Source of the DNA: Phaeosaccion multiseriatum
Taxonomy: Eukaryota > Protista > Ochrophyta, other classes
DNA: 64,000 bases
Assembly: GCA_965112735.1 (NCBI GenBank)
Contig: OZ218962.1
Span: 3,100,001 to 3,164,000 of the forward strand
Direction of reading: 5' to 3'
Part shown: positions 38,475 to 47,682 of the stretch, one piece after another
Position numbering within the stretch: position 1 is the stretch's first letter
Layout of the letters: each line of letters starts with the position of its first letter
Notes under the pieces: generated by a model
What the model saw: only the letters and a program-made list of their open reading frames with translations
The model's database searches: none
Told to the model about the DNA's origin: nothing
Made by a program: the position numbers and the translations under genes

Positions 38475-40578
38475 CACACGCACATACGCACACACCCTTC
38501 GTTGCTCACGTGTGGTTGGGCGGTCTGTAGCACGCTGCGAAGAGGCTCTGCAACTGCTCCTTGTGCCGCTCCAGTAGCGCCATGCAGGCTGGGGATGGCA
38601 GCGGATGGATGGATAGAGGTGTACGGGCAAGCAACGCGGGGACGGGGGTGGAAAAGACCAAACAAAGAGTCAACCATGTTATCTAGCTTACGGAGAAAGC
38701 ATTTACAAACACACGACACACTGTCATCCACTGCCATCCACAGCCTCAGCCCCTCCCCTGACCTGGATGGTAGAGCGTGTGCGGATGCGCCGTCCACTGA
38801 TACTCCACATGTTGGTTCTCCAGAGCCAGCGCGAAGGGCAGCACTTGCGAGGAGAGCAGGCGATGCATGGCCTCTCTCTGCTGCTTTAGGAGCGCCAGTT
38901 GTGACTCCGCCTCCCTGTGCCCCGCCCCAACACTGCGTTCGTCGCCGCCATCTGTGGTGCTGCCGAATTCCAACAGGTCTGGCACGGAGGAGCAGTGCTT
39001 GACGAAGGCAATGGTGCTGAGTATCTGGTAAAAGGCCTCGTAGCTTAGAGACGTGGGGGGAGGAAGCGCACTGGCCTGGAGACTGGGACCCCCCTCGAGA
39101 CCCCCCTGTTGCTGCTCCTCCTCGAGAATCTGATGCCATTTGTTGTTGCGAAAGAGAACCAACACGTGCGACGCGATGCGGGGAGGTGTGAGAGGGATTG
39201 GGTGGAGGGACCCAACGATGCCAAGCCCGGACACGTACTAGCTGCGGGGATGCCCTACACCGCTGCTCAATGATACGCACTCCCTTCTCTCGTCCCTCCT
39301 GCTCTTCCCTCGTTTGCCCAACCTCCCCCTATGCACAAACCTGTATCACCAACTGGTGCAGCACGAGAGCGTTGATTTTGGTGTCCAGCAGGTCCGCCTC
39401 CCTTGCGAATTGCATGACTCGCTGAGAACGAACGAGAGTTTAGAACAGGGGCGAGGGGGGGGGGTCAGACCTTCTTCTCACTCTCCTTCTTGAGAAGCAA
39501 AGTCTCGTCATAGTCTGCCTGCCTGCCTGCCTGTCTGCCTACCTGCCCAGATACCTGAGTCTCTGACCGAACCGACTCACAGCCTGACAGATGGACTGAC
39601 TGACTCACTCACTGAGTGACTGACTGACTGACTGACTGACTGACGGACTAACTCATAGATGGACTGACTGCCCCACACCGGCCCCGCGAGGCCCTCACCA
39701 CAAGGCCCTTCCCTGCTCACCTCGAAGAGCACTGCCCCTCCTGACACCAGGCTCTGTTGCCGGAAGTACTTGTCGTGCACGTGCAGCAGATGCGTCGCCA
39801 GCTGTTGCAGAGCCTCTCCCTCCGAAGGGACGTGTTGGCTCACCACCCGCTGCGGCTGCTGCAGCTGCTGCTGTATCACTATCTGCTGCGGCTGCCCTCC
39901 CCTCCCCGCCTCGGTCCAGGAGGACCCGCGCGGTACACCCTGCTGCTGCTGGCCCTGCGTCTCCCTCTGGCTAGTGGACAGCAAGGGTGGGTGCTGGCTC
40001 TTCCCTGTGCCTGGTGTCAGGTTCTGGCTCTGCCCCCACGGCCTCTCCTGCTGCTCCCACTGCTGCTGCTCCTGCCTCTCCTGCTGCAGCTCCCGGTCCA
40101 GAGCCTCCACCTCGCGCCGCTGCTCGTCCTGGAACCGCTGCCACTCCTGTCTACGGAGAGTTTCGTGGAGCGACTTCTCTTGTGCTTGCTGCTCCTCTGG
40201 TTGCGCGTATTGCTGCTGCTGCTGGTAGTGGTGGTGGTGCTGCTGCTGCTGCTGCTGCGCCTGTCTCTGCTCCTGCTGTAGCTGCTGTGGTCGTCTCTCC
40301 TCCTGCTGTTGCTCCGGCTGTTTTCGCTGCCTCAGCTGCTGTTTATCGGATCTCTCCTGCCTGGCGTGCCTGGCTCCCCTCAGCATGCCCTCACGGAGCT
40401 CCTGCGTAGAGGGAAATGTGTCCACAGGCCGGGTCGACATTCTTCCCGACCTTCCCGCTACTGCTCGGGAAGAAGAGGAAGGGGAAGGCGTCCAGTACTC
40501 CAGCCCCGCCCCCCCTCCTGTCCTCCTCCTCCGCGACCTGCTCTTGCCTCCCGTCATTGCGAGCATAGAGGTGGCCAT
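26200..40578 (-). CDS. Very large multi-exon low-complexity protein with repeated p25alpha/EF-hand-like helical motifs (possibly more than one gene)
   Basis: Long minus-strand exons (39720-40578, 34230-35340, 30100-34050, 28370-29220 and others). Recurrent pattern F-x-L-Y ... F..L..D ... LSFxEF..L..LA, e.g. VFALYS...AFVRACADA, AFSLYS...FFSLLADA, VSFAEFVPLL, LSFSHFLEAL, LSFSEFLDFLGLLA. The 3' end is approximate. Confidence 0.5.
26391..26647. mobile_element. ~257-bp MITE with TCGGCCCCCC termini and a 6-bp TSD, intronic
   Basis: Perfect 22-bp inverted repeat CCCCCCGCGGGGCTTCTCGGGC (26395-26416) and 26622-26643. Flanks GACCTT and GGCCTT match at 5/6. Internal GGCTTCT and GGCCGCAGGCC repeats. Confidence 0.75.
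35349..35685 (+). repeat. (GGAA)n/(GGCA)n microsatellite, intronic
   Basis: About 335 bp of tetranucleotide repeat. Confidence 0.95.
38305..38495 (+). repeat. (CA)n microsatellite, intronic
   Basis: Long CA tract with imperfect flanks. Confidence 0.95.
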
Positions 40579-41484
40579 GTCTTGGGCGGTGTAGTCTCTA
40601 ATTTTAAAGTCTTTCTACCATGGATTGAAAGGTTCTATCGATGATCACCTGTGCCTCTGAACGACATGATGGGGCCACCCCAGCAATGAGGTCTGTAATG
40701 CTGCACGTCACAAACGTCCTCCCTTTTGATAGTTTTTCCCCTCATTTTCTCACGTTACATCCCCCACGAATTGAAACCAAAATTCACCTTGTTGCAGTTG
40801 GGCCTCCTCCCCGCAATCGACTTTTCTTCCGGTGGTCGTCTTTGATCCCCCTTTCCTTTGTTTGATTTGCGTATTAGGGCTCGCCATTCGCCATCCTTGC
40901 TGCTGCTGCTGCTGCCACTGGTCTACGTGCGTGCGCACTGGTTGCCAGTTGCCACCTTATTTCGCTAGTTTACGCAATCTTTGGGAAAGGAAAGGTTTCT
41001 CGAGCCGCAATCACCCAGTCAGTTCTTTGTTTTAAAAAAAAAAAACGAACATTTTTTTCTTCACTTGTCGGCTGTACGATTTTCTCAGGGTATTGAAGGG
41101 TATCGTAACAACTAAATGAGGATGTGCGGCAAAGCCAACACCACACCGTCCGTAAAGCGGTTACACACATGCACAACACCGGCTTCCCCCCATTCTACAT
41201 AAGTGTACGTAGTGTGAAGCGGAGTGAAGGGCGCCGAGCCACTTCCTCCCCCCTCCTTGCCTTGCCTGCTTCTCGGCCCTGAAATCGTGAGCTACTGTAT
41301 CACCAACTGCTGTTGCTGCCGCTGCCGCCCTCTCCACCTGGCCTGTACCACCACCCGCTACCCACGCCTATACACGCATCTGCCTCCACCCCCCCCCCCT
41401 TATCCACACACCTACCCAGTGAGCCTCCCCACCCCCTGACTCAAGCAATTCACCACCTCACCGCCTCACTTGCCTCCTTTGCCT

Positions 41485-41640
41485 TGTTGAGATAAATCGA
41501 TGTCGACACTAGATATCGATCTCATATCGCTGGTACAAGTCCGTTCACTTCTTCTTCTTTTAGTGTTATGTAGCTAATAAGACGCTTTCCCACACTCGTG
41601 CAAGTTCGTCACCAGTCTCAAGGTGTGAGATATCCCAACA
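41485..41640 (+). repeat. 5' LTR
   Basis: TG...CA termini, identical to 44503-44658. Confidence 0.95.
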
Positions 41641-41768
41641 CGACAATTGTCGGTTGAAAGCTAATGCGCATTAGTGCAGCGGTGGACGTAAAGTACGGGA
41701 TGAGTACGGGAAGTTGAAACGGTCGGAGTAGACTTTAGCACTGGTGCGTCTGCCACGCTGCATTGAGT

Positions 41769-43379
41769 ATGGCGGACCGACGAGTGTCTAGAGCTTCGAG
41801 GGAGAAGGCACGTCGTGCGATCAAGGAGCGGTGGCTCCGCGACCAAGAGAGCACGAGACAGGAGGGGGTTTTGAGTGGAAGGCAGGAGGGGCTACGAGCT
41901 GATTCAGCTCCTTCCGTCAGCATCCATTATGACTTGCGTAGGCGGTCAGGTATCGAACACTCAGACCTCTACCTGTGTGGGTTGCGTAGTGCCCAGGTGG
42001 GGCCCGCAACTGAATCCCCCAGGCGGGCAGCAGCGGTGAATCCCTCTGCTCGTAGCGGGAGCGGTGGCAGAGCGTCTACGCCTGCCATGTCTGGACATAG
42101 GTCTGCTGCAGTGGCCAGTAGACCCACGGTGAAGTCCATCAGAGCTTCGAGAGAGGAGTCACGTCGTTGGATCAAAGAGCGGTGGCTCCAGGATCAAGCG
42201 AGCAAGAAACAGGAGGAATTTCTGAGTAGAAGGCAGCAGGAGGAGCTTCGAGTTGATTCAGCTTTGTCCGGCAGCGGCTATGGCTTGCGTATGCGGCCTG
42301 GCCTTGACTACAAGGAACTCCATACACGAGGGTTGCGTAGTGCCCAGGTGGGGCCCGTAACAAACTCCCCCAGTCGGGCAGCAGCAGTGGATACCTCTGC
42401 TCGTAGCGGGAGCGGTGGCAGAGCGTCTACGCCTGCCATGTCTGGACTTAGGTCTGCTGTAGTGGCCAGTAGACCCACGGTGAAGTCCGTTTTGACACAG
42501 TATAGGGAGTTGGACGACGAGTCCCGCTACTCCGTTTTAATGGAGCTGGACGACGAGTCCCTGGACGACGAGTCCCGCTCCTCTATTGCAGCCTTGAAGG
42601 CAGCGTTGGCACGCAATATGAGGGATGCCGACGAGCGCTTCATGGACGCTGCAGAGGCACAAGAGAGCGAGGAGGCACCACCGGTTGTGGAAGCTCCTGC
42701 TCCACGTCGAGGCACTGTGCAAGAAGCCACGAATGAGGAACGGAGTGAGGAGGCACCAGGTTTGGAAGCTCCTGCTCCAGCCCGGAGTGAGGAGGCACCA
42801 GTCATGGAAGCTCCTACTCCAGCCCGGAGTGAGGAGGCACCAGTCATGGAAGCTCCTACTCCAGTTCGTGTGCAAGGCGAGGAATTCACTCAAGGAGTTT
42901 CTGCCGCGAACGATGACGATACCTTCGTCTTGAATGTAGACGGAGAAGGGGTTGAGGAGCCGGTGGTACCCGCACAAGGAGAAGGGGTTGAGGAGCCGGT
43001 GGTGCCCGACCACGAAGCCACGACATGCCCTACTGGGCAGAGCCGGCGACAGGCAGATGCGGTGGTGCGTGAGCAGTCCCAGCAACTATTGCACAAGGAG
43101 GGGTGGAAGCGGTCCCAGCAGCGGCTACACGAACAAGAGGTGGAGCACGAGGGGCCACAGCTACGTCTGAGGCAGGAGGTGAAGGAAGGCACAGGGGTAG
43201 TGGAAGAGACTGCGCCTCAGCGGCTTGGTCAACTATATCCTGGTCGGCTGGCACCAGCTGGTATTGGTACGGAATGGATATGGTTCCATGTGCGCTTCTG
43301 TTTTTGGCTCAGGATGGCGATGCACCTCTTCAAGAGCATGAGGTGGTGTATGTGGAGCAGGACAAGGTCATACACATGA
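41769..43379 (+). CDS. LTR-element ORF1 of unknown function with a duplicated ~117-aa module and EEAP repeats
   Basis: Open frame inside the element with an internal ~350-bp duplication (~41790-42137 and ~42141-42487). No gag zinc knuckle, protease or integrase motif is recognisable. Confidence 0.5.
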   Translation: MADRRVSRASREKARRAIKERWLRDQESTRQEGVLSGRQEGLRADSAPSVSIHYDLRRRSGIEHSDLYLCGLRSAQVGPATESPRRAAAVNPSARSGSGGRASTPAMSGHRSAAVASRPTVKSIRASREESRRWIKERWLQDQASKKQEEFLSRRQQEELRVDSALSGSGYGLRMRPGLDYKELHTRGLRSAQVGPVTNSPSRAAAVDTSARSGSGGRASTPAMSGLRSAVVASRPTVKSVLTQYRELDDESRYSVLMELDDESLDDESRSSIAALKAALARNMRDADERFMDAAEAQESEEAPPVVEAPAPRRGTVQEATNEERSEEAPGLEAPAPARSEEAPVMEAPTPARSEEAPVMEAPTPVRVQGEEFTQGVSAANDDDTFVLNVDGEGVEEPVVPAQGEGVEEPVVPDHEATTCPTGQSRRQADAVVREQSQQLLHKEGWKRSQQRLHEQEVEHEGPQLRLRQEVKEGTGVVEETAPQRLGQLYPGRLAPAGIGTEWIWFHVRFCFWLRMAMHLFKSMRWCMWSRTRSYT

Positions 43380-43380
43380 G

Positions 43381-44469
43381 GTGGTGTATGTGGAGCACGG
43401 CAAGGTCATGCGCTTGAAGGATGGCACTCTACGACCAGGTCATGTGCTTGAAGAAGGCGCTCTATGCATGGCGTTTGCATCAGGCATCCTCATTGTATTT
43501 GTTGATGATTTGTCCTGCGGAGGAAAGCAGGAGGTGGTGGACTGGCTCTTTACAGAGCTGGACAACAAGTTTTCGTTGAAGAGACTTGGGCCCAATGTTG
43601 ATCAGTTTTTGGGAGTGCGCGTTGTGTTCAACCGGAGCGTAGGCACTGTCACATTGACATTGGAGCACTACATCAAGAAGATGATAGTGAAGTTTGGTTT
43701 GGAGTCTGATCGAGTTTACTCGACACCCGGTGTGTCTGGCACAGCACTCAGCAAGAGTATGGAGCCATCGTCTGCAGCTGATGTAGCTTTTATGACTGAC
43801 AAGGACTACCCCGGTGTGGTGGGCGTTTTGATGTGGATCTCAAACTGGACAAGGCCTGATATTGCCTATGCTGTTCGAGAGTTGTCGCGGTATATGAAGA
43901 ACCCCGGCCCTGAGCATTGGAAGCAGGCTATGCGTGTGTTTGGATACCTGAAGGGTACTGTGGATCGTGCTTTGGTGTTTGGCAAGGGCGAGTGTGTTTT
44001 GGAAGCATATGCAGACGCGAATTACGCTGCATGTGTTGACACTCGCAGGAGTTCGACTGGTTACGCTTTGATGTACGGAGGTGCAGCTATCACTTGGGGT
44101 GTGCGATTGCAGCTGAGTGTGGCGATGTCTTCGCTGGAGAGCGAGTACATGGCGGCCAGTGACTGTGTGAAGGAAATATTATACATTAGGCAGGTATTGA
44201 GTTTCTTGTTCCCTGATGACTCGTCGAAGGCGACAGTTGTTTTTGAGGACAACATGGGGTGTATCAAGCTGGCAGAGAGCAATGCATCGACGCGGAGGAT
44301 GAAGCACATTGATGTTCGGTTTCATTTTCTGCAAGACGCAGTGAAGGAGGCTCTTATTGCATTTGAGTACGTGGCTTCAAAGGCGCAGCTGGCTGACCTT
44401 TTGACGAAGCACGTAACCCCGGCAGTACTTGTAGCTTTACGTGAAAAGATGATGGGTTTTAGGGCGTAG
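43381..44469 (+). CDS. Copia reverse transcriptase C-terminal part and RNase H
   Basis: IVFVDD, TRPDIAYAV, YADANYA...RRSSTGY, SSLESEY, FEDNMGCI, KHIDVRFHF and QLADLLTK. No ATG start, and the N-terminal RT motifs are absent. Confidence 0.9.
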   Translation: MVYVEHGKVMRLKDGTLRPGHVLEEGALCMAFASGILIVFVDDLSCGGKQEVVDWLFTELDNKFSLKRLGPNVDQFLGVRVVFNRSVGTVTLTLEHYIKKMIVKFGLESDRVYSTPGVSGTALSKSMEPSSAADVAFMTDKDYPGVVGVLMWISNWTRPDIAYAVRELSRYMKNPGPEHWKQAMRVFGYLKGTVDRALVFGKGECVLEAYADANYAACVDTRRSSTGYALMYGGAAITWGVRLQLSVAMSSLESEYMAASDCVKEILYIRQVLSFLFPDDSSKATVVFEDNMGCIKLAESNASTRRMKHIDVRFHFLQDAVKEALIAFEYVASKAQLADLLTKHVTPAVLVALREKMMGFRA

Positions 44470-44502
44470 TTAGCGGAATGGACAGTACCAGGCGAGGAGG
44501 TG

Positions 44503-44658
44503 TGTTGAGATAAATCGATGTCGACACTAGATATCGATCTCATATCGCTGGTACAAGTCCGTTCACTTCTTCTTCTTTTAGTGTTATGTAGCTAATAAGA
44601 CGCTTTCCCACACTCGTGCAAGTTCGTCACCAGTCTCAAGGTGTGAGATATCCCAACA
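44503..44658 (+). repeat. 3' LTR
   Basis: Identical to the 5' LTR. Confidence 0.95.
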
Positions 44659-45044
44659 TGCCTTCCGCAGCAAATTGCTGAGGCCTGACGCTCGGCCTCT
44701 CCCCCTCCGACGCAGGAAGGTAGACTTGGTGGTACTGCTGGTGCTAGTGCCAGTGGTGGAGGAGGAGCCTTTGCCACCTGTGGTATACGCACCCTTCGCC
44801 TTGCCCTTGCCCTTGGCCCTGCTGACCGTCGTCGGAACCGGCGTCGGAGTGCAGGCTTTGGCCACCTCCGTGCCTTGATGGTTGCCGAGTGCTCATTCGC
44901 CCAAGCCAGCCCCTCCTCCATGTTGCCCCCCTCTGTCCCTTCCCACCCCCTGTCCACTCTCCATACACTGCATCAGTGCATCTGCTTCCAGCAGACAATG
45001 TCTTAGATACTGAATGACAGAGCACCACTTCTCGTCATCGGTAT

Positions 45045-46766
45045 TCACAGCTCAAGACCCGACCTTGGGCCCTCCACACGCACGCACGCTCGCAGCGCCT
45101 TCCGCCCAAGCCTTTTCCTCTCACTCGCCGTCACCATGCTCTCCTCCAGCACCGCCCACTCCTCCTCCTGCTGCTCATCGTCAGCATCATCACCCCCTCC
45201 TCCTGAGCGATAGCGGTGGTAGGCAGACACAAAGCCTCCAACAATGCTCTCCACGCTGGCCCCCTTCCTCTTGGTGCGGACCGCACAGTAGGGAAGTAGC
45301 CTCACCCTCCTCCGGCCCACAGTCACCACCACGCCATTCGACAGCTCTGTGTCTCGACGACCCAAGCAGACTGTGGCAGCCTCAGCCCCACCACCCTCCA
45401 GCTCCCTCCACAGACCAGCGGGCAGCTGAACCTCGTCCCCGACATGGAGCCCCAGCCTCGCAATCAATCCTGTCCCACTCTCCTCCTCCCTGTCGTTCTC
45501 TTCATTGTCTTCTTCCTTGGTTGGAAGTCTTGCCCTTTTCCCTTCTCTCCCACGGATGTCGGTCGCAGCTCGTCGCTTGGATCCAGGCGCACACTGAAGC
45601 CCCCCCTCCTGCTGCTCTGCTCTCTCGCGTTTCATTCGAGCATGCCCTTTGCACATCCCACCTAAACCATGCTGAGGGTGTTTGTTGCAGCCCCCTTCAC
45701 TACACCTCTTCCTCACAGCTCCATGAGACGTACACAACCCTCCTTGGATACGCCTCTTTTGACACCCCTCGACAGAACACCTCTTGGTCACGGCTCCATG
45801 AGACGCACACAATCCTCCCTGGATACGCCTCTTTTGACACCCCTCGACAGAACACCTCTTGGTCACAGCTCCATGAGACGTACACAATCCTCCCTGGATA
45901 CGCTTCTTTCCACACCCCTCGACAGAGCACCTAATGGTCACAGCTCCATGAGACGCACACAGTCCTCCCTGCTGCGACTGCTTTTGACACCCCTCGACAG
46001 AACACCTCTTCCTCACAGCTCCATGAGACGTACACAACCCTCCCTGCATCGACTGCTTTTGACACCCGTCGACAGAACACCTCTTGAGTTGAGCCCCATG
46101 CAAAATACATAATCCTCCCTGCTTCGACTGCTTTTGACATCCCTCGACAGAACACCTCTTGGTCACGGCTCCATGAGACGTACACAATCCTCCCTGGACA
46201 CGCCTCTTTTGACACCCCTCGACAGAGCACCTCATGGTCACAGCTCCATGAGACGCACACAATCCTCCCTGCTTCGACTGCTTTTGACACCCCTCGACAG
46301 AACACCTCTTGACTACAGCTCCATGGGACACACACAACCCTCCCTGAACCGACTGCTTTTGACACCCCTCGACAGAACACCTCTTCACTTGAGCTCCATG
46401 GGACACACACAACCCTCCCTGAACCGACCGCTTTTGACACCCCTCGACAGAACACCTCTTGGTCACAGCTCCATGAGACGTACATAATCCTCCTTGGATA
46501 CGCCTCTTTTGACACCCCTCGACAGAACACCTCTTGGTCACGGCTCCATGAGACGCACATAATCCTCCCTGCTTCGACTGCTTTTGACACCCCTCGACAG
46601 AACACCTCTTCACTGGAGCTCCATGGGACACACACAGTCCTCCCTGCCTCGACTGCTTTTGACACCCCTCGACAGAACACCTCTTCCTCACAGCTGCATG
46701 AGACGTACATAATCCTCCCTGCTGCGACTGCTTTTGACACCCCTCAACTTTACACACTCCTGGCAT
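45045..46766 (-). CDS. C3H (WRKY19-like) zinc-finger array protein, copy 1: 14 fingers plus capping finger
   Basis: 25-aa repeats C-x4-C-x9-C-x2-H (CSVEGCQKxxxQGGLCxSHGAxxKR). First ATG (MPGVCK) at 46766; the ORF-track start is a GTG. Confidence 0.85.
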   Translation of the reverse strand: MPGVCKVEGCQKQSQQGGLCTSHAAVRKRCSVEGCQKQSRQGGLCVSHGAPVKRCSVEGCQKQSKQGGLCASHGAVTKRCSVEGCQKRRIQGGLCTSHGAVTKRCSVEGCQKRSVQGGLCVSHGAQVKRCSVEGCQKQSVQGGLCVSHGAVVKRCSVEGCQKQSKQGGLCASHGAVTMRCSVEGCQKRRVQGGLCTSHGAVTKRCSVEGCQKQSKQGGLCILHGAQLKRCSVDGCQKQSMQGGLCTSHGAVRKRCSVEGCQKQSQQGGLCASHGAVTIRCSVEGCGKKRIQGGLCTSHGAVTKRCSVEGCQKRRIQGGLCASHGAVTKRCSVEGCQKRRIQGGLCTSHGAVRKRCSEGGCNKHPQHGLGGMCKGHARMKRERAEQQEGGLQCAPGSKRRAATDIRGREGKRARLPTKEEDNEENDREEESGTGLIARLGLHVGDEVQLPAGLWRELEGGGAEAATVCLGRRDTELSNGVVVTVGRRRVRLLPYCAVRTKRKGASVESIVGGFVSAYHRYRSGGGGDDADDEQQEEEWAVLEESMVTASERKRLGRKALRACVRVEGPRSGLEL

Positions 46767-47682
46767 AGCTTCCCTCCAAGGCTCCAGTGGTGTCTTTGAA
46801 ATACTCGAACGCCTTGCTGTTGCTGCTCCTCCTGCCACTGCTTTTGTCACTGCTGCTACTTCCGTTGGGAGTCAAGCTCGGTAAGGTAACACTCTCTCGT
46901 TTCTCCTCTTGACTTGAGCTAACGGGAAGCCTCTCTTTGTAGACAGTGGCGACGTCTGCCCTTTGAACGCCTTGCTGCTGCTGCTGCTGCTGCCTGCTGC
47001 TGAGACTGCTGTCTGGGGTCTCTCGTTCTTGAGCTAAAGGGAAGCCCCTAGAGAAGTGGCTTAAAGAGGGCAAAATGATGACGTTGCTGCTGCCGCTGCG
47101 GATGGTGCCGTTGCTGCTGCTGCCGATGGGTCGATGTGTTCTACTCCTTGCTTCGGGGGGGTGGGGGGAAGGGGGGGTGAAGTTGCTGCTCCCGCTGCTG
47201 ATGGTACCGCTGCTGCTATTGCCGATGGGTCGATGTGTTCTACCCCTTGCTTCGGGGGGGGGGGGGGGGAAGTTGCTGTTCCCGCTGCTGATGGTACCGC
47301 TGCTGCTACTTCCGATGGGTCGATGTGTTCTACTCCTTGCTTCGGGGGGGGGGGGGGGGGGGATGAAGTTGCTGCTGCCGCTGCTGATGGTACCGCTGCT
47401 GCTACTGCAGATGGTCGATGTGTCTGTTTTTTTCCGGGGGGAGGTCCTTCTCCGTACAGAAAGTCAATGAATTAGAGGCATACGGACGACCGACCCTTCT
47501 TTGTTCTTTGTACTACGACGTACTTCGATTTTATACTCTCTCAGAGCCCCTCCTCCATGTTACCCCCCTCTGTCCCTTCCCACCCCCTGTCCACTCTCCA
47601 TACACTGCATCAGTGCATCTACTTCAAGCAGACACTGTCTTAGATACTGAATGACAGAGCACCACTTCTCGTCATCGGGTCT

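Larger units (their letters stand above)
41485..44658 (+). mobile_element. Ty1/copia LTR retrotransposon, internally deleted or non-autonomous (3174 bp)
   Basis: Identical 156-bp LTRs (TGTTG...CAACA) at 41485-41640 and 44503-44658. TSD TGCCT at 41480-41484 and 44659-44663. Purine tract AGGCGAGGAGG lies before the 3' LTR. Copia RT-RNase H ORF present. Confidence 0.95.

Noticed and set aside
41220-44865. A host gene split by the copia insertion (…NLLRKA|KEASEA…)
   Set aside because: The frame does rejoin across the TSD, but it is short and low-complexity with no ATG or domain, which is insufficient support.
46750-47073. Overlapping upstream ORF (QRADVATVYKERL...) in each array unit, and GTG-start extensions of the ZF ORFs
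   Set aside because: There is no ATG start, and the upstream ORF is frameshifted by a 7-bp duplication in G4 and G6. The first ATG (MPGVCK) was taken as the start.
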